From a candidate division FCPU426 bacterium (lineage in GTDB: Bacteria > Oederibacteriota > JAAXVQ01 > JAUVAV01): 56,199 nt of DNA. The stretch is taken from contig DAOWGI010000082.1 in NCBI GenBank assembly GCA_030637655.1, forward strand, positions 1 to 56,199, written 5' to 3'. The notes under the pieces are model-generated. The model did no database searches, was not told the DNA's origin, and worked only from the letters and a program-made list of their open reading frames with translations. Below, one piece after another: positions 1 to 9,627 of the stretch. The position numbers were made by a program, and so were the translations under genes. Numbering within the stretch: the stretch's first letter is position 1; every line of letters starts with the position of its first letter.

Positions 1-52
1 GACGGCTGCCTTCTGCTCGTTGAATGACCTGGATTTTGGTAATATATCCCAT
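1..52 (-). CDS. N-terminus of a small protein (MGYITKIQVIQRAEGSR...), truncated by the window edge; resembles small IS-associated accessory ORFs
   Basis: ATG at 52 preceded by AGGAGG RBS; frame open to position 1; similarity to MGYxTK(V/I)QxIxR IS-linked ORFs is from memory. Confidence 0.5.
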   Translation of the reverse strand, partial: MGYITKIQVIQRAEGSR

Positions 53-282
53 CGTTACCTCCTGCATTGTTGATGGGATATATCTTATCATAGCCAGTAG
101 ACTAGTTTAAGGAATTTTTGGATAATTATTTCACAGCTTCTTACGGTACTAAAATCGCAATGTGATAAAGTAAGCGTTGAGAATCGAAAATAGAAAATTG
201 ACCGCATTTGAATATTATTATCTATGTTAAGGTTAAAATAAGTAGTTTTCGGTCTTTTTTGTCTTTACAGGTTTTAACCGGC

Positions 283-3200
283 TTACGCCGCGTTGGCAAA
301 ACTAAACCGGAGAGTACGTCTTTCATTTATCCTGGCAGCCAAATTCGGCTCCATCTCAAATGATCCGGTTATTTTTTTATAGCTATAAAGCAGAGCATTC
401 TGATGTATGGCGCCCATGCGCAGGGCCTTGGGAATATATATTTTATACGGTTTATTAGCTGCGCTGGTATAAGTTCCCAGTACGGCTGTTTCCCTGCCGA
501 ACATTTTCGAATTTTCAAAGTATTTACCCAGATCCAACAAAGCCGCTTCATAATGTTTAATATCTGTCCCTGGTTGTTGGGCTTGATGTTTTAATATGCT
601 CATAAGGGAACGCGCGAACTTCGCTTCTGCGGCTCCCCTCTTCCGGTCACTTTTCGCCAGGCAATAGTCATTATAATGCTGCAGCGGGGCTTCCATTTCA
701 CCAAACTGTCTTGTAAAAATAGTATGTCTTGTAAGAGACACCACTTCCTGCTTAAAACGGCGTTGAGTATCCGGCGTTATCGGGTTAATGTCCGGCAAAA
801 GTTCATGACAGGGAACCACTGCAACCAGCGTATCCGGGTTCAGCTTGTCAGCAGTAACAGGAGCATCCGATTTTATGAGAACATGCGAAATTGCCGGTAT
901 GGCAACTTTAACTTTCTTACCAAAGAAAGTTATTATTGACTCTTCCTCTACTCTATCATTATGCACCATGGCATTTACCTGATAAGGCAGGAAACCCTGG
1001 CCTAAATCAGTAAAGATTGGCTGGGCAGGAGCAATCTGCGCTAAAATATGCTTTAACTGGGCGCTCTCAACTGCTGTCAATATCCCATCTTTTTTGCTTA
1101 AAATACCCTGAATAAAATTCAGCACATCTTCCATTCTTTGATTTTCACCAACCTGGGCTAAAAGACTTTTCACTATTTGTTGATAGATTGCAGGAACCTT
1201 TGATTTATCCGCAAACAGAAGATGTGCCATGTCATGTTTTTTAGGCAGATCTGTTTCAGTGATGTTCAGCAGCTCCAGCTTCAAAGCAGTACTACCGGCT
1301 CCATTTTTTAAGCGCATAAGCTGTTTCTGAATGCTTCGCACCACGCCTTTCTTCAACTCCGGCTGCTTTTTGGTTTCCAAAAGCATTTCTTGCATGCTTT
1401 GCAGTGAAAGACGAAGCTCAGGATTCTCAATTTCCGCGATTTGTTCCGAACTCAGGTTTTGTATCACATGCATGGCCCATTTAATATCCTTATTCTCCCA
1501 ACCCTGGCCTAAACGCTCATTCAACTGTTCATTCATATTCACATTGTTCCACAAACTGCCGGCTTTTTCGTTAATTGTTGACGCGATGATGTTCAGAACT
1601 TCCAAAATTTGTGGGCCAAAAACGCCGACTTGCCCTGTTTCACTCTGCTTACTATAAAAAGCCCGCTCCATAGATAATCCATGCTTTGCCAGCTCATATA
1701 ATTTGCCGGCTTGTTTCCACATGCCTCCCGGACCATAAATTTCGGCAATTTCCGCCAAATCTTCTGCTTTTGCCCGGCGAATCTTCACCGCATATTTGTT
1801 AAATTGCTGATTAATCCTCCAGGCTATGTATCTTGCGATTGTCCGCCATATAATATTCTCAGACTCCAGGCTTTTTTTCACTGCTTTCCCGGCCCAGGCC
1901 GGCACCGTTATGATAAATTTGACATCCCCTGGCAACAGTTCCCTGGTTTTATCTTTTTCAGCAGCCGCATTTACGATCTTTCTCTTAAAAGCAAATCCCA
2001 AACCGCTTTCAACTATAATATCTTTACGCCAGCCGGTAAAGTTCGGCCCGAAAATAGCTTTTCGTAAATCCTTGTCTTCTCCGTATATTCTTGCATAAAT
2101 AATTTTACCCACCGGATGCCTGAGTAGTGTTTCATTCGGCCCAATCACATTTAAAAACTCCCCTAAGGACACGGAATCAAACGGCGGCAGGACAGTTATC
2201 AAATTTACGAAATAATGCGACACCAACCCAAACGCGATCACACCCGACAAGGGCAGCGCAAAGCTAAAGAGAATATTGACCACCGCCAGCCCGAAAGCTA
2301 TTTTTACATTCTTCCAATCTTGCGGTGTAAATGATTTATAAACTTCGTGGAATTGACCTTGGTGAAGAGCTTGACGCCCTTCTGCTTTGGGAATGATATG
2401 TCCGAGAAAAAAAGCACCCCAACTGTACTGGATGCCGACAAGAATTAAAGCGCTTGCACCTTGCGCCGGATCCAAAAATCCGGTATAGGTGGCGATCATT
2501 ATGGCCGCGAACATAGGCCCAGCCTCGATCAGCCAGGCCCAATTATCATACGTCTCCGCGCTCATCAAGCCCCAGCGCTCAACCAGCAATTCCTTCAGCC
2601 AGGGCATCAGGCCGCCGGAAGTTTGAGAGGGCTCTATTGATTCACTTGGTTCAATCTCTTTTAAATCAAAATATTTATAAATATCAAAACCCACCCAACC
2701 TAATTCAACGAATACCGGCTTGGCAGCGCTTACAATTCCTTGTAAAAGCAAATTATACTCTTCTTTGTTGCGTTTTTTAACCTGGGCCCAGAGAGCGTGA
2801 AAATCAATACTTGTCAACGCGCTCAGCCGGTCAAAGAAGCTATCCAAATCCTTTACACAGACAGTATCTTCCTCAATCTTTTCAGCCAATTTGCCCTGCT
2901 CATCAGCCAATCGTTCGTACTCTTTGCCTACGGTTTTTGCCAAACTAGGATATTCATCACCATGCTCAGCATAATATGCGGATAATGCCCGCAAACTCTC
3001 TTGCAGGCCGCTCATGCTTTGATGCAAGACCATGGCATTGATTTCTTTGTCCAACGTAATAATTTTAACTTGGAAATCCTCTTCCGAAGTATCCAGTGCC
3101 TGCTCCTCATAACCCTCTAATTCGCTTAAATATTCACACGCTTTAGCTTGCAAGCGTTTAAGCGCCGATATAATAATGGCCACATGTAAAACCACTTGAT

Positions 3201-6200
3201 TAAAGCCCATATTGAATTTCTTGCCATCTTTTAAATCTATTATTTTGTATTTATTGGCAAGCTCATAGCAGGAAGTAATATTTTCCAGATACTCAAAGTC
3301 GTCTTTGTGTACGGTCTCCAAGAGATTTAAAAATGTTATTAGTTTTTTTTGCTTGAGTGGTTTTCTTTCTTGGACTATTTTATCCAAAGTTTTATAATAT
3401 TTTTTAATAATGTTTCCATAATCAGTATTTCCCCTGGGCTTCTTTGACCATAGAACAATGTTTTTCAATTGCTTGTCCGGATTTGCTTTTATTGAAATCT
3501 TTATCTTTTTTATTATTTGTAATATTTCAGAATGAAAATAGCTATACTCTTCTCCTTGCATAATTTTGACGGCATTAGGATGTGTTTTTAAATATTCTAA
3601 TTCTTCACTTATGGTTTTTTTATACTCAGCGGTGAATTTCTCTTCCCTGGCTCTAGCAGTTTCAGTTTCATCAACCCCGGACGGCGGCTTGAGATTCAAG
3701 GGAGTTTTCTGTTTTTGTTTTTTTTGTTTTTTTGATTGTTCTGTTTGTTGTTTTTTTAGTTGCTTGCTTTTTTGTAAGACCTTCCATTCCTCAGCCGTTA
3801 CCAGCCAGGGATATTGCGCGGCCTCTTCTTCAGATATTGTGCAAAATACAACCGGCCCTGTCCACTTGGCAACGCGAAGTTGATTTTTACATAAGGCTGT
3901 TATAATTGCTTTGGGATTCAGTGGCAGCGTTTTTCTGCCTTTGAGCAATGACTTGTCACGAATTTGCAGGTGCAAGCTACTGTAAGTTGTGCCGTCAATT
4001 TCCCGGGGCGGGTTAAAGGTCATGACAATAAACTTGCTGCGCAAATTATTTGTTTTTTCTTTCTCAACTGATACATCATTATAAGTTATTTCCTCGACAA
4101 CATGCTGCAAGTCATTCAATTGCCGTGTACGCGCAGCTTCATCCGGCCTAAAACCCAAATCATATAAATCCTCATACTGTTCTTTGGTATTAACTATTAT
4201 TTCAAAGCGCTTTCGTTTACCCGGAGTCTTAGGTTTTGGTTCCATTTCATCCAAGTATTCAAGCACATCATCCTCAGGCGACAATTCCTCCCGGATAACT
4301 TCTTCTCCAATATCAGCCGGCTTACCCGCCACGCCCAGCGGCGGATTAATGAGCGAGGTCAATGGCACTCTAAATGATATATCTTTGCTTTCAAGCCAGG
4401 AATTTACTGCTAAAGCCATTGAGTTGTAGGCGGAATGAGTAAGCCAGGAAATGCCGAATGCCGCCCAGAGGGGATAATCCCATCTGAAAGGCCAAAAATA
4501 TAAGGCCCCCAAACCGACGCGAAAGGCAAAATCTTTCAGGTCCAGGAGCAGGAGCTGGCGCGTGAAAACCTTTTTCCAGCCATTCTTCTGGGCGCGATCC
4601 AGCCACTCAATAATCGTATGCGCAAAGGCAAATCCAAGTGCCAGCCACCAGATGCTCACACCTATACTCACGCTGCTTATAACCCGCCGGAGCAATTCTG
4701 TTTCCCCAAGCGGGCCGATAAAGACCAGATATAAATCAGCCACCCACGAGGGCATCTTTTCGCGGCCCATTTTCCGGCCCAGCCAGTCAAGGCCTGCTCT
4801 GATCCATCTCTCAGGTATTAAGGACATATGGGGAATGGGAGTGAAGGCTTTAGGTTTGGTGATCAACGCCATTTCTTCCTCAGAGATAGTGGCCATATTG
4901 TTTTCAGGAGCAAATATTTTAGCCTTATCCGAGTCTGTTGAAACCGGAGCCAACTTGACTTGCAGTTCGTCCGCGTCATAACTCAGCACCAGTTCTTCCA
5001 ATGCAATTCCACGGATAAGCTCTTCTTGGGTAAAAGCCCGCCCGCTAATTTCAATTATTTCCTTGCCGGCTACTAAAGCCGGTATGGCTTGGTTTAAAGA
5101 TTCATCCTTCTTACTTTTCACTATTTCTAATAATTCCGACCGGGAAAGATCCACTGGTTTTAAAGCCTTTTGCTTATTCGGCTGCTCACATGGAATTGCC
5201 AGGCCTTGCATAATATTGCGATAAGCTTCTATTATATTTATCGTATTCTTAGCCTGTATCTTCTGCATGAGTTTCTTGTCAGCTTTGTTTGCCTTAGACT
5301 TTATTTTTTTGCTTTTCTCCGGCTTTTTCTTTTTTACTGGTTTGGACGGCTCAGAACTTTTTTTCTCGCGCGTATTAACAGTAATAGTATGTTGTCTGTT
5401 TTTCAGCCTATACCTGAGCAATTCATCCGCCTGCTCCTGACGGGCGGCAGTCATCTGTTTTAGAAATTCGACTATATATACCACTACCTCCCGCTTCAGA
5501 ACCTTATTTTCATAATTCCATATCATCCGGCCCTCTTTGATTGCCTGATAAGACTCCACTCTATAATTAGGCAAACCATAGAACATAATCGCGGCGTAAG
5601 CGCCGGCCTTATCTTCAGAGCCTGGCCCGATAAATATAGCATTTTCGATATCTTCTTGAGAGAGTTTCGGAAACAATTTCAAAAATTCATCAGCTGATTT
5701 TTGCCGGAATTGAATCTTAGCTTTTATGTATTCTGCGGGTTTTATTTCCACCACTTCCAGCATAATCTTATCATCTGTTATTTTGGGAATTACTTGCCCT
5801 TTCCTGATATCCAGGATAGCTTCATCGATATTGGGCCAAATACCCGCCTTTTTAGTCTCTTCATCAGCATTGTAGATTTCAATAAAAACAACCTCCTGTT
5901 TAGACAATGCTTTTTTAAACTTTTGCACATACTCATCTCTTGCATCTTTTATCCTTCCGCAATAGTTAACAGAATCCCCAACAACACCAATCTTCACAGC
6001 GCCTTTCTCTTCGCCAACTATCAACCGGCCCTCAAGGATGTGCTGTATTGCTTCCAGCACATTCGGCCATACGACTTTGGAATCTTCACTAACTTGCCCA
6101 TTCTCTTTTTCCATATAGATTTGGCCTGGTTTAATCTGGGCGGCATATTTTTTGGCCGCGGCCTCGCGCAACTGCTGTATTTCCTGTATATACTCCTCAG

Positions 6201-9200
6201 GTTCCACGTCTATGGTATATAGAATTACTTTGCTCTGATCAGCGCTTAGTTTCCAGCCAAGTTTCCCGGTTTCAATCCCTACTATGGCCTCAAATATATT
6301 CGGCCTTTGTGTGCCTGAAAACTTGTTTTCCGTGCTGCTCTCTACTTCTATAAATACCTGAGTTTCCGGCACGTGTTTATCCATCTCTTTCGCCATTTTG
6401 ACACGGGTCTCTTCCAGGTGCTGATAGTAATCCTGCGCGCTGATGCCCGTCAACGTGATCAGAACTGCGCCATCTTCGCGAACAATAAAACGCATCCATC
6501 CCTGCCTGATGGCCTGGATCATTTCATCAGTATTGGGATGTCCCGTCTTTTCAAAATTTTCTATCTCAGCAATTTCCTTTGCAGTCAGATCAATGTCTAT
6601 GATTCTTCCCTCAGCTTCTAATAACGCCTCAAATTCTTCGGCTGCTTTTTGGCGTGCTTCGTCAATATTTTGATAATATTGTTGGTCACTGATCCCGACT
6701 GCCTGTAAAACAGCTTTTTTTTCGTTTATCTCACAAAGTAGACGTCCCTCTGCCACACCCAAAATGGCTTCATCCCGGTTCAACAGCATGGTTTGGTCAG
6801 TGTCAGCAGCCAGCTCTATCATATATGCTTTATTCTCTTCCATTAACGAGAATAATTCATCTGCCAGGTCCGCACGTGCCTCACCCAAACCTTTTATGTA
6901 CTCCCTGGCGCTCATGTTTTTGGGCTTGGGCCATACTACCATCTCGTTGTTTAAGACCTTCCAGTTTAACAATCCTTGCTGAATATCACGAAATGCTTCT
7001 TTAATATTCGGTTGCATACCTTCCGTAATATTAAACTGAATAGCTTTCGCGCCCCGTTCCATCAGCTTGACAAATATCAGGTCTGATCCAAATTGCACCA
7101 ATGTTTTATCGAATTCTTTAGCCGAGTGTTTCAATTTACCCATGCGTTTTTGCTCAGCGGAACGGCCTGATAAAGAAGACTTTCCATTACCAGCCATGTT
7201 AAAGATATTTGGCGCCGGCCTTAATTCAATTGCTTGCTGCCAGGTTGGCCTTAATTTAATCACTCCCCACAATAAGATCTGTGAACATAATACAGCCAGC
7301 CAGGGTTGGGAGATAATATCCGCGCTAGCGCCCGGCCACAGGTGCAAAATCAATGCCAGCGCGATAATATATAATGCGACTGTAATTCCTGTTGGCATGG
7401 CGCGGATCATTCGGTTATATTGGGCAAAAATCCGGGACGCGGCTTTAGTGATAAATACGTTCGCGAGATCACGCAAAATCCCTTGAACTCGTCTACCATA
7501 TTTTTGGGCCAAATCAACTGCTGTTGGTTGATCAGTACTAATCGCGCGCACAGCCTCAATAACATCCGGCAAGGAAGAATAAATATTGATGGTCTTTCCG
7601 CAACAGGCTATGGTTTTAGTATCAATTGCGAGGATTTGCCGGCCCAGACGTTTGGCCCACATTTTATCCGGCGTAATTAAGACCATAGTATTTTTGCCGT
7701 CAACTTGAAATGAGGTTTTAAAAACCCGGGCATCTTTAATATCTAATATGCCTATTTGCCCTGCTTGCTCTTTGCTTATGGCCATTACTTCCACCGAATC
7801 ATTTTCCGCCAAATAATCCCTTAATTGCCGTCTTTCTGCGGAAGTTAATTTTAGCACCCGGACTACAGGCTTAAGCAGCAACTCCATTTGCATAAGAAAC
7901 AAAGGATCTTGCAATTTTAAGCGAATGGCCAAGATCGTCTGATTTTTAGCCAGCAGCTTTTCCAAAGGAGTCTTGCGATCCTGGAGCAGGGAAAAATACG
8001 GATTAACCACATCCTGCCGGGTCAGGCGGGGTTTTAAGGACACATACGAAATATTGCGTTTTTCAAGCTCTTCCAGCACTTTATCAGCATGAAAACCACC
8101 GCTAATCATTACAGCCAGCTTTTCATCCAATTGATCCATTTTCCGGACCAGGTTGTCCACAAAGTGGATGCTCCGCTCATCAGCTAAAAGATAAAACTCC
8201 TCAACTTTATTTAAATAGTCATCCAGGACATACATTTCCGGATCTAGGATTATTTCCTCTGTCGGGCGGGCATGGGAGCCCTCCGCTGCCTGATTGATGA
8301 AATCAATAAATTCTCTTATGGTATATTTTTCCCGCTGAGCGCGGAATGCTTGCAGCTCTTCCTGGGAAACCGAAATGTTGAGGAGTCTTTCGATGATATC
8401 CAGGCGGGTGTACAACTCATCCAGTTTCCGTTGCCTGTCGCTGGAATAGAGCTGTTGCCGGATACTGGCATCCAGTTTGTCCAGTTCCTGGAAAAGTTGA
8501 TCCGAATCGACCTGGGCTGAGAAAAAATTCTGCTTTAGGCTAAGAAAGCGAACCAAATTGGGATACACGCTCAAATCCACTTGCAGCCCGCGGGCCGTGC
8601 GCTGAAGATAGGCGCTGTATCTCAAGATATCCAGCTCACCTTCGCGAAAAGCTACGCGCTTGTTGTCAAATTTCAAGAGCCGGGAATTATAAATATTGGC
8701 TTTCAATTCTTCCATTATCTCGCGCAGATCATAGCAATAGCCCTGGCTCTCGGCATTTAAAAACTTTCGGACCGCTTGCTCACTGGCCACGTACAATTCC
8801 GGCGTCTCTATACCCTCAAGGTGTATTGGCTGTTTGCTGGTAACAGCATAATATTCCGCGCCCGTAAGTTTGCCTTGCTTAACAAAATAATCACAAACTT
8901 CCGCTTTAATTTTTTTAACTGGAAAAGTGCTGATTTTGGCGGTATTTACCCGGCCAAATGCTCCTTCTACAGCTGCCAGGTTTAAACCATGCTCTTGAAC
9001 TAAATTATGGATGATATTCGAGATGTTCTTCTGAACTTCGTAATTACAATGCAAATCCTGGATACATACAATTGTCTTTTCATTACCCTGAAATGAATTT
9101 GCCATGGTCCCGAATTTTTCAGGAATAGTGAGCTTTTTTCCGAAAAAGGATACTTGCGGAAGGATTGTTCTGCCAATTAAATAATTATTAGCCTCAAAAG

Positions 9201-9291
9201 CCCAGGTCAAATAAGGCAATGCGAAACTAAGACTTACCAGAATCGCACAGGTTTTTATCCAAATACTCGGTCGCAAATAATGGAGAATCAT
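283..9291 (-). CDS. Giant multidomain membrane/secreted protein A (3002 aa)
   Basis: 9-kb ORF, AAGGT RBS, hydrophobic signal-like N-terminus, IQDLHCNYEVQKNI/VEGAFG N-domain shared with 29259..34754, internal repeat array, several TM clusters, ends ...FANAA. Confidence 0.92.
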   Translation of the reverse strand: MILHYLRPSIWIKTCAILVSLSFALPYLTWAFEANNYLIGRTILPQVSFFGKKLTIPEKFGTMANSFQGNEKTIVCIQDLHCNYEVQKNISNIIHNLVQEHGLNLAAVEGAFGRVNTAKISTFPVKKIKAEVCDYFVKQGKLTGAEYYAVTSKQPIHLEGIETPELYVASEQAVRKFLNAESQGYCYDLREIMEELKANIYNSRLLKFDNKRVAFREGELDILRYSAYLQRTARGLQVDLSVYPNLVRFLSLKQNFFSAQVDSDQLFQELDKLDASIRQQLYSSDRQRKLDELYTRLDIIERLLNISVSQEELQAFRAQREKYTIREFIDFINQAAEGSHARPTEEIILDPEMYVLDDYLNKVEEFYLLADERSIHFVDNLVRKMDQLDEKLAVMISGGFHADKVLEELEKRNISYVSLKPRLTRQDVVNPYFSLLQDRKTPLEKLLAKNQTILAIRLKLQDPLFLMQMELLLKPVVRVLKLTSAERRQLRDYLAENDSVEVMAISKEQAGQIGILDIKDARVFKTSFQVDGKNTMVLITPDKMWAKRLGRQILAIDTKTIACCGKTINIYSSLPDVIEAVRAISTDQPTAVDLAQKYGRRVQGILRDLANVFITKAASRIFAQYNRMIRAMPTGITVALYIIALALILHLWPGASADIISQPWLAVLCSQILLWGVIKLRPTWQQAIELRPAPNIFNMAGNGKSSLSGRSAEQKRMGKLKHSAKEFDKTLVQFGSDLIFVKLMERGAKAIQFNITEGMQPNIKEAFRDIQQGLLNWKVLNNEMVVWPKPKNMSAREYIKGLGEARADLADELFSLMEENKAYMIELAADTDQTMLLNRDEAILGVAEGRLLCEINEKKAVLQAVGISDQQYYQNIDEARQKAAEEFEALLEAEGRIIDIDLTAKEIAEIENFEKTGHPNTDEMIQAIRQGWMRFIVREDGAVLITLTGISAQDYYQHLEETRVKMAKEMDKHVPETQVFIEVESSTENKFSGTQRPNIFEAIVGIETGKLGWKLSADQSKVILYTIDVEPEEYIQEIQQLREAAAKKYAAQIKPGQIYMEKENGQVSEDSKVVWPNVLEAIQHILEGRLIVGEEKGAVKIGVVGDSVNYCGRIKDARDEYVQKFKKALSKQEVVFIEIYNADEETKKAGIWPNIDEAILDIRKGQVIPKITDDKIMLEVVEIKPAEYIKAKIQFRQKSADEFLKLFPKLSQEDIENAIFIGPGSEDKAGAYAAIMFYGLPNYRVESYQAIKEGRMIWNYENKVLKREVVVYIVEFLKQMTAARQEQADELLRYRLKNRQHTITVNTREKKSSEPSKPVKKKKPEKSKKIKSKANKADKKLMQKIQAKNTINIIEAYRNIMQGLAIPCEQPNKQKALKPVDLSRSELLEIVKSKKDESLNQAIPALVAGKEIIEISGRAFTQEELIRGIALEELVLSYDADELQVKLAPVSTDSDKAKIFAPENNMATISEEEMALITKPKAFTPIPHMSLIPERWIRAGLDWLGRKMGREKMPSWVADLYLVFIGPLGETELLRRVISSVSIGVSIWWLALGFAFAHTIIEWLDRAQKNGWKKVFTRQLLLLDLKDFAFRVGLGALYFWPFRWDYPLWAAFGISWLTHSAYNSMALAVNSWLESKDISFRVPLTSLINPPLGVAGKPADIGEEVIREELSPEDDVLEYLDEMEPKPKTPGKRKRFEIIVNTKEQYEDLYDLGFRPDEAARTRQLNDLQHVVEEITYNDVSVEKEKTNNLRSKFIVMTFNPPREIDGTTYSSLHLQIRDKSLLKGRKTLPLNPKAIITALCKNQLRVAKWTGPVVFCTISEEEAAQYPWLVTAEEWKVLQKSKQLKKQQTEQSKKQKKQKQKTPLNLKPPSGVDETETARAREEKFTAEYKKTISEELEYLKTHPNAVKIMQGEEYSYFHSEILQIIKKIKISIKANPDKQLKNIVLWSKKPRGNTDYGNIIKKYYKTLDKIVQERKPLKQKKLITFLNLLETVHKDDFEYLENITSCYELANKYKIIDLKDGKKFNMGFNQVVLHVAIIISALKRLQAKACEYLSELEGYEEQALDTSEEDFQVKIITLDKEINAMVLHQSMSGLQESLRALSAYYAEHGDEYPSLAKTVGKEYERLADEQGKLAEKIEEDTVCVKDLDSFFDRLSALTSIDFHALWAQVKKRNKEEYNLLLQGIVSAAKPVFVELGWVGFDIYKYFDLKEIEPSESIEPSQTSGGLMPWLKELLVERWGLMSAETYDNWAWLIEAGPMFAAIMIATYTGFLDPAQGASALILVGIQYSWGAFFLGHIIPKAEGRQALHQGQFHEVYKSFTPQDWKNVKIAFGLAVVNILFSFALPLSGVIAFGLVSHYFVNLITVLPPFDSVSLGEFLNVIGPNETLLRHPVGKIIYARIYGEDKDLRKAIFGPNFTGWRKDIIVESGLGFAFKRKIVNAAAEKDKTRELLPGDVKFIITVPAWAGKAVKKSLESENIIWRTIARYIAWRINQQFNKYAVKIRRAKAEDLAEIAEIYGPGGMWKQAGKLYELAKHGLSMERAFYSKQSETGQVGVFGPQILEVLNIIASTINEKAGSLWNNVNMNEQLNERLGQGWENKDIKWAMHVIQNLSSEQIAEIENPELRLSLQSMQEMLLETKKQPELKKGVVRSIQKQLMRLKNGAGSTALKLELLNITETDLPKKHDMAHLLFADKSKVPAIYQQIVKSLLAQVGENQRMEDVLNFIQGILSKKDGILTAVESAQLKHILAQIAPAQPIFTDLGQGFLPYQVNAMVHNDRVEEESIITFFGKKVKVAIPAISHVLIKSDAPVTADKLNPDTLVAVVPCHELLPDINPITPDTQRRFKQEVVSLTRHTIFTRQFGEMEAPLQHYNDYCLAKSDRKRGAAEAKFARSLMSILKHQAQQPGTDIKHYEAALLDLGKYFENSKMFGRETAVLGTYTSAANKPYKIYIPKALRMGAIHQNALLYSYKKITGSFEMEPNLAARINERRTLRFSFANAA
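5000..7020 (-). repeat. Intragenic tandem protein repeat, ~75-80 aa, about 8-9 copies (approximate bounds)
   Basis: Recurring PN(I/V/T)xEAIxxIxxG...Y...R motif: QPNIKEAF, LNRDEAI, HPNTDEMI, RPNIFEAI, WPNVLEAI, WPNIDEAI, LPNYRVESY, INIIEAY. Confidence 0.8.
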
Positions 9292-9343
9292 GTTTACCTT
9301 TCTTACTACCGCCGGCCAAGAGGCGGAACGTATTATTATTATA

Positions 9344-9517
9344 CTAGTGTAGTGTCTCTAAAATATAGGTACATTTGATTTTATGCTTCTATCGTCATTC
9401 CGGCGTGCTTTCAGCCGGAATCTAGGGGTTTTGTTTGAGAAAGTCACAGTCTCTGGACCCCGGCTACAATCATGCCGGGGTGACGTCTGTACCGTTAATT
9501 AAGAGACACTACACTAG
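9344..9517. mobile_element. MITE-like element, CTAGTGTAGTG TIR family, with GTCATTCCGG double-hairpin core
   Basis: 16-bp perfect TIR ctagtgtagtgtctct / agagacactacactag; core gtcattccggc..gccggaat and ccccggc..gccggggtgac; closely related copy at 48090..48247. Confidence 0.8.
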
Positions 9518-9627
9518 ATATTTTTAGTTTAGCATCTAAAATAGCAAAAATCAAGTTGCCGGTCGGAAATTATCAGTTTTTAAATAATTTTAGAGCTCTT
9601 GTTTCGTTTTGATACAATTGGTTGGGT

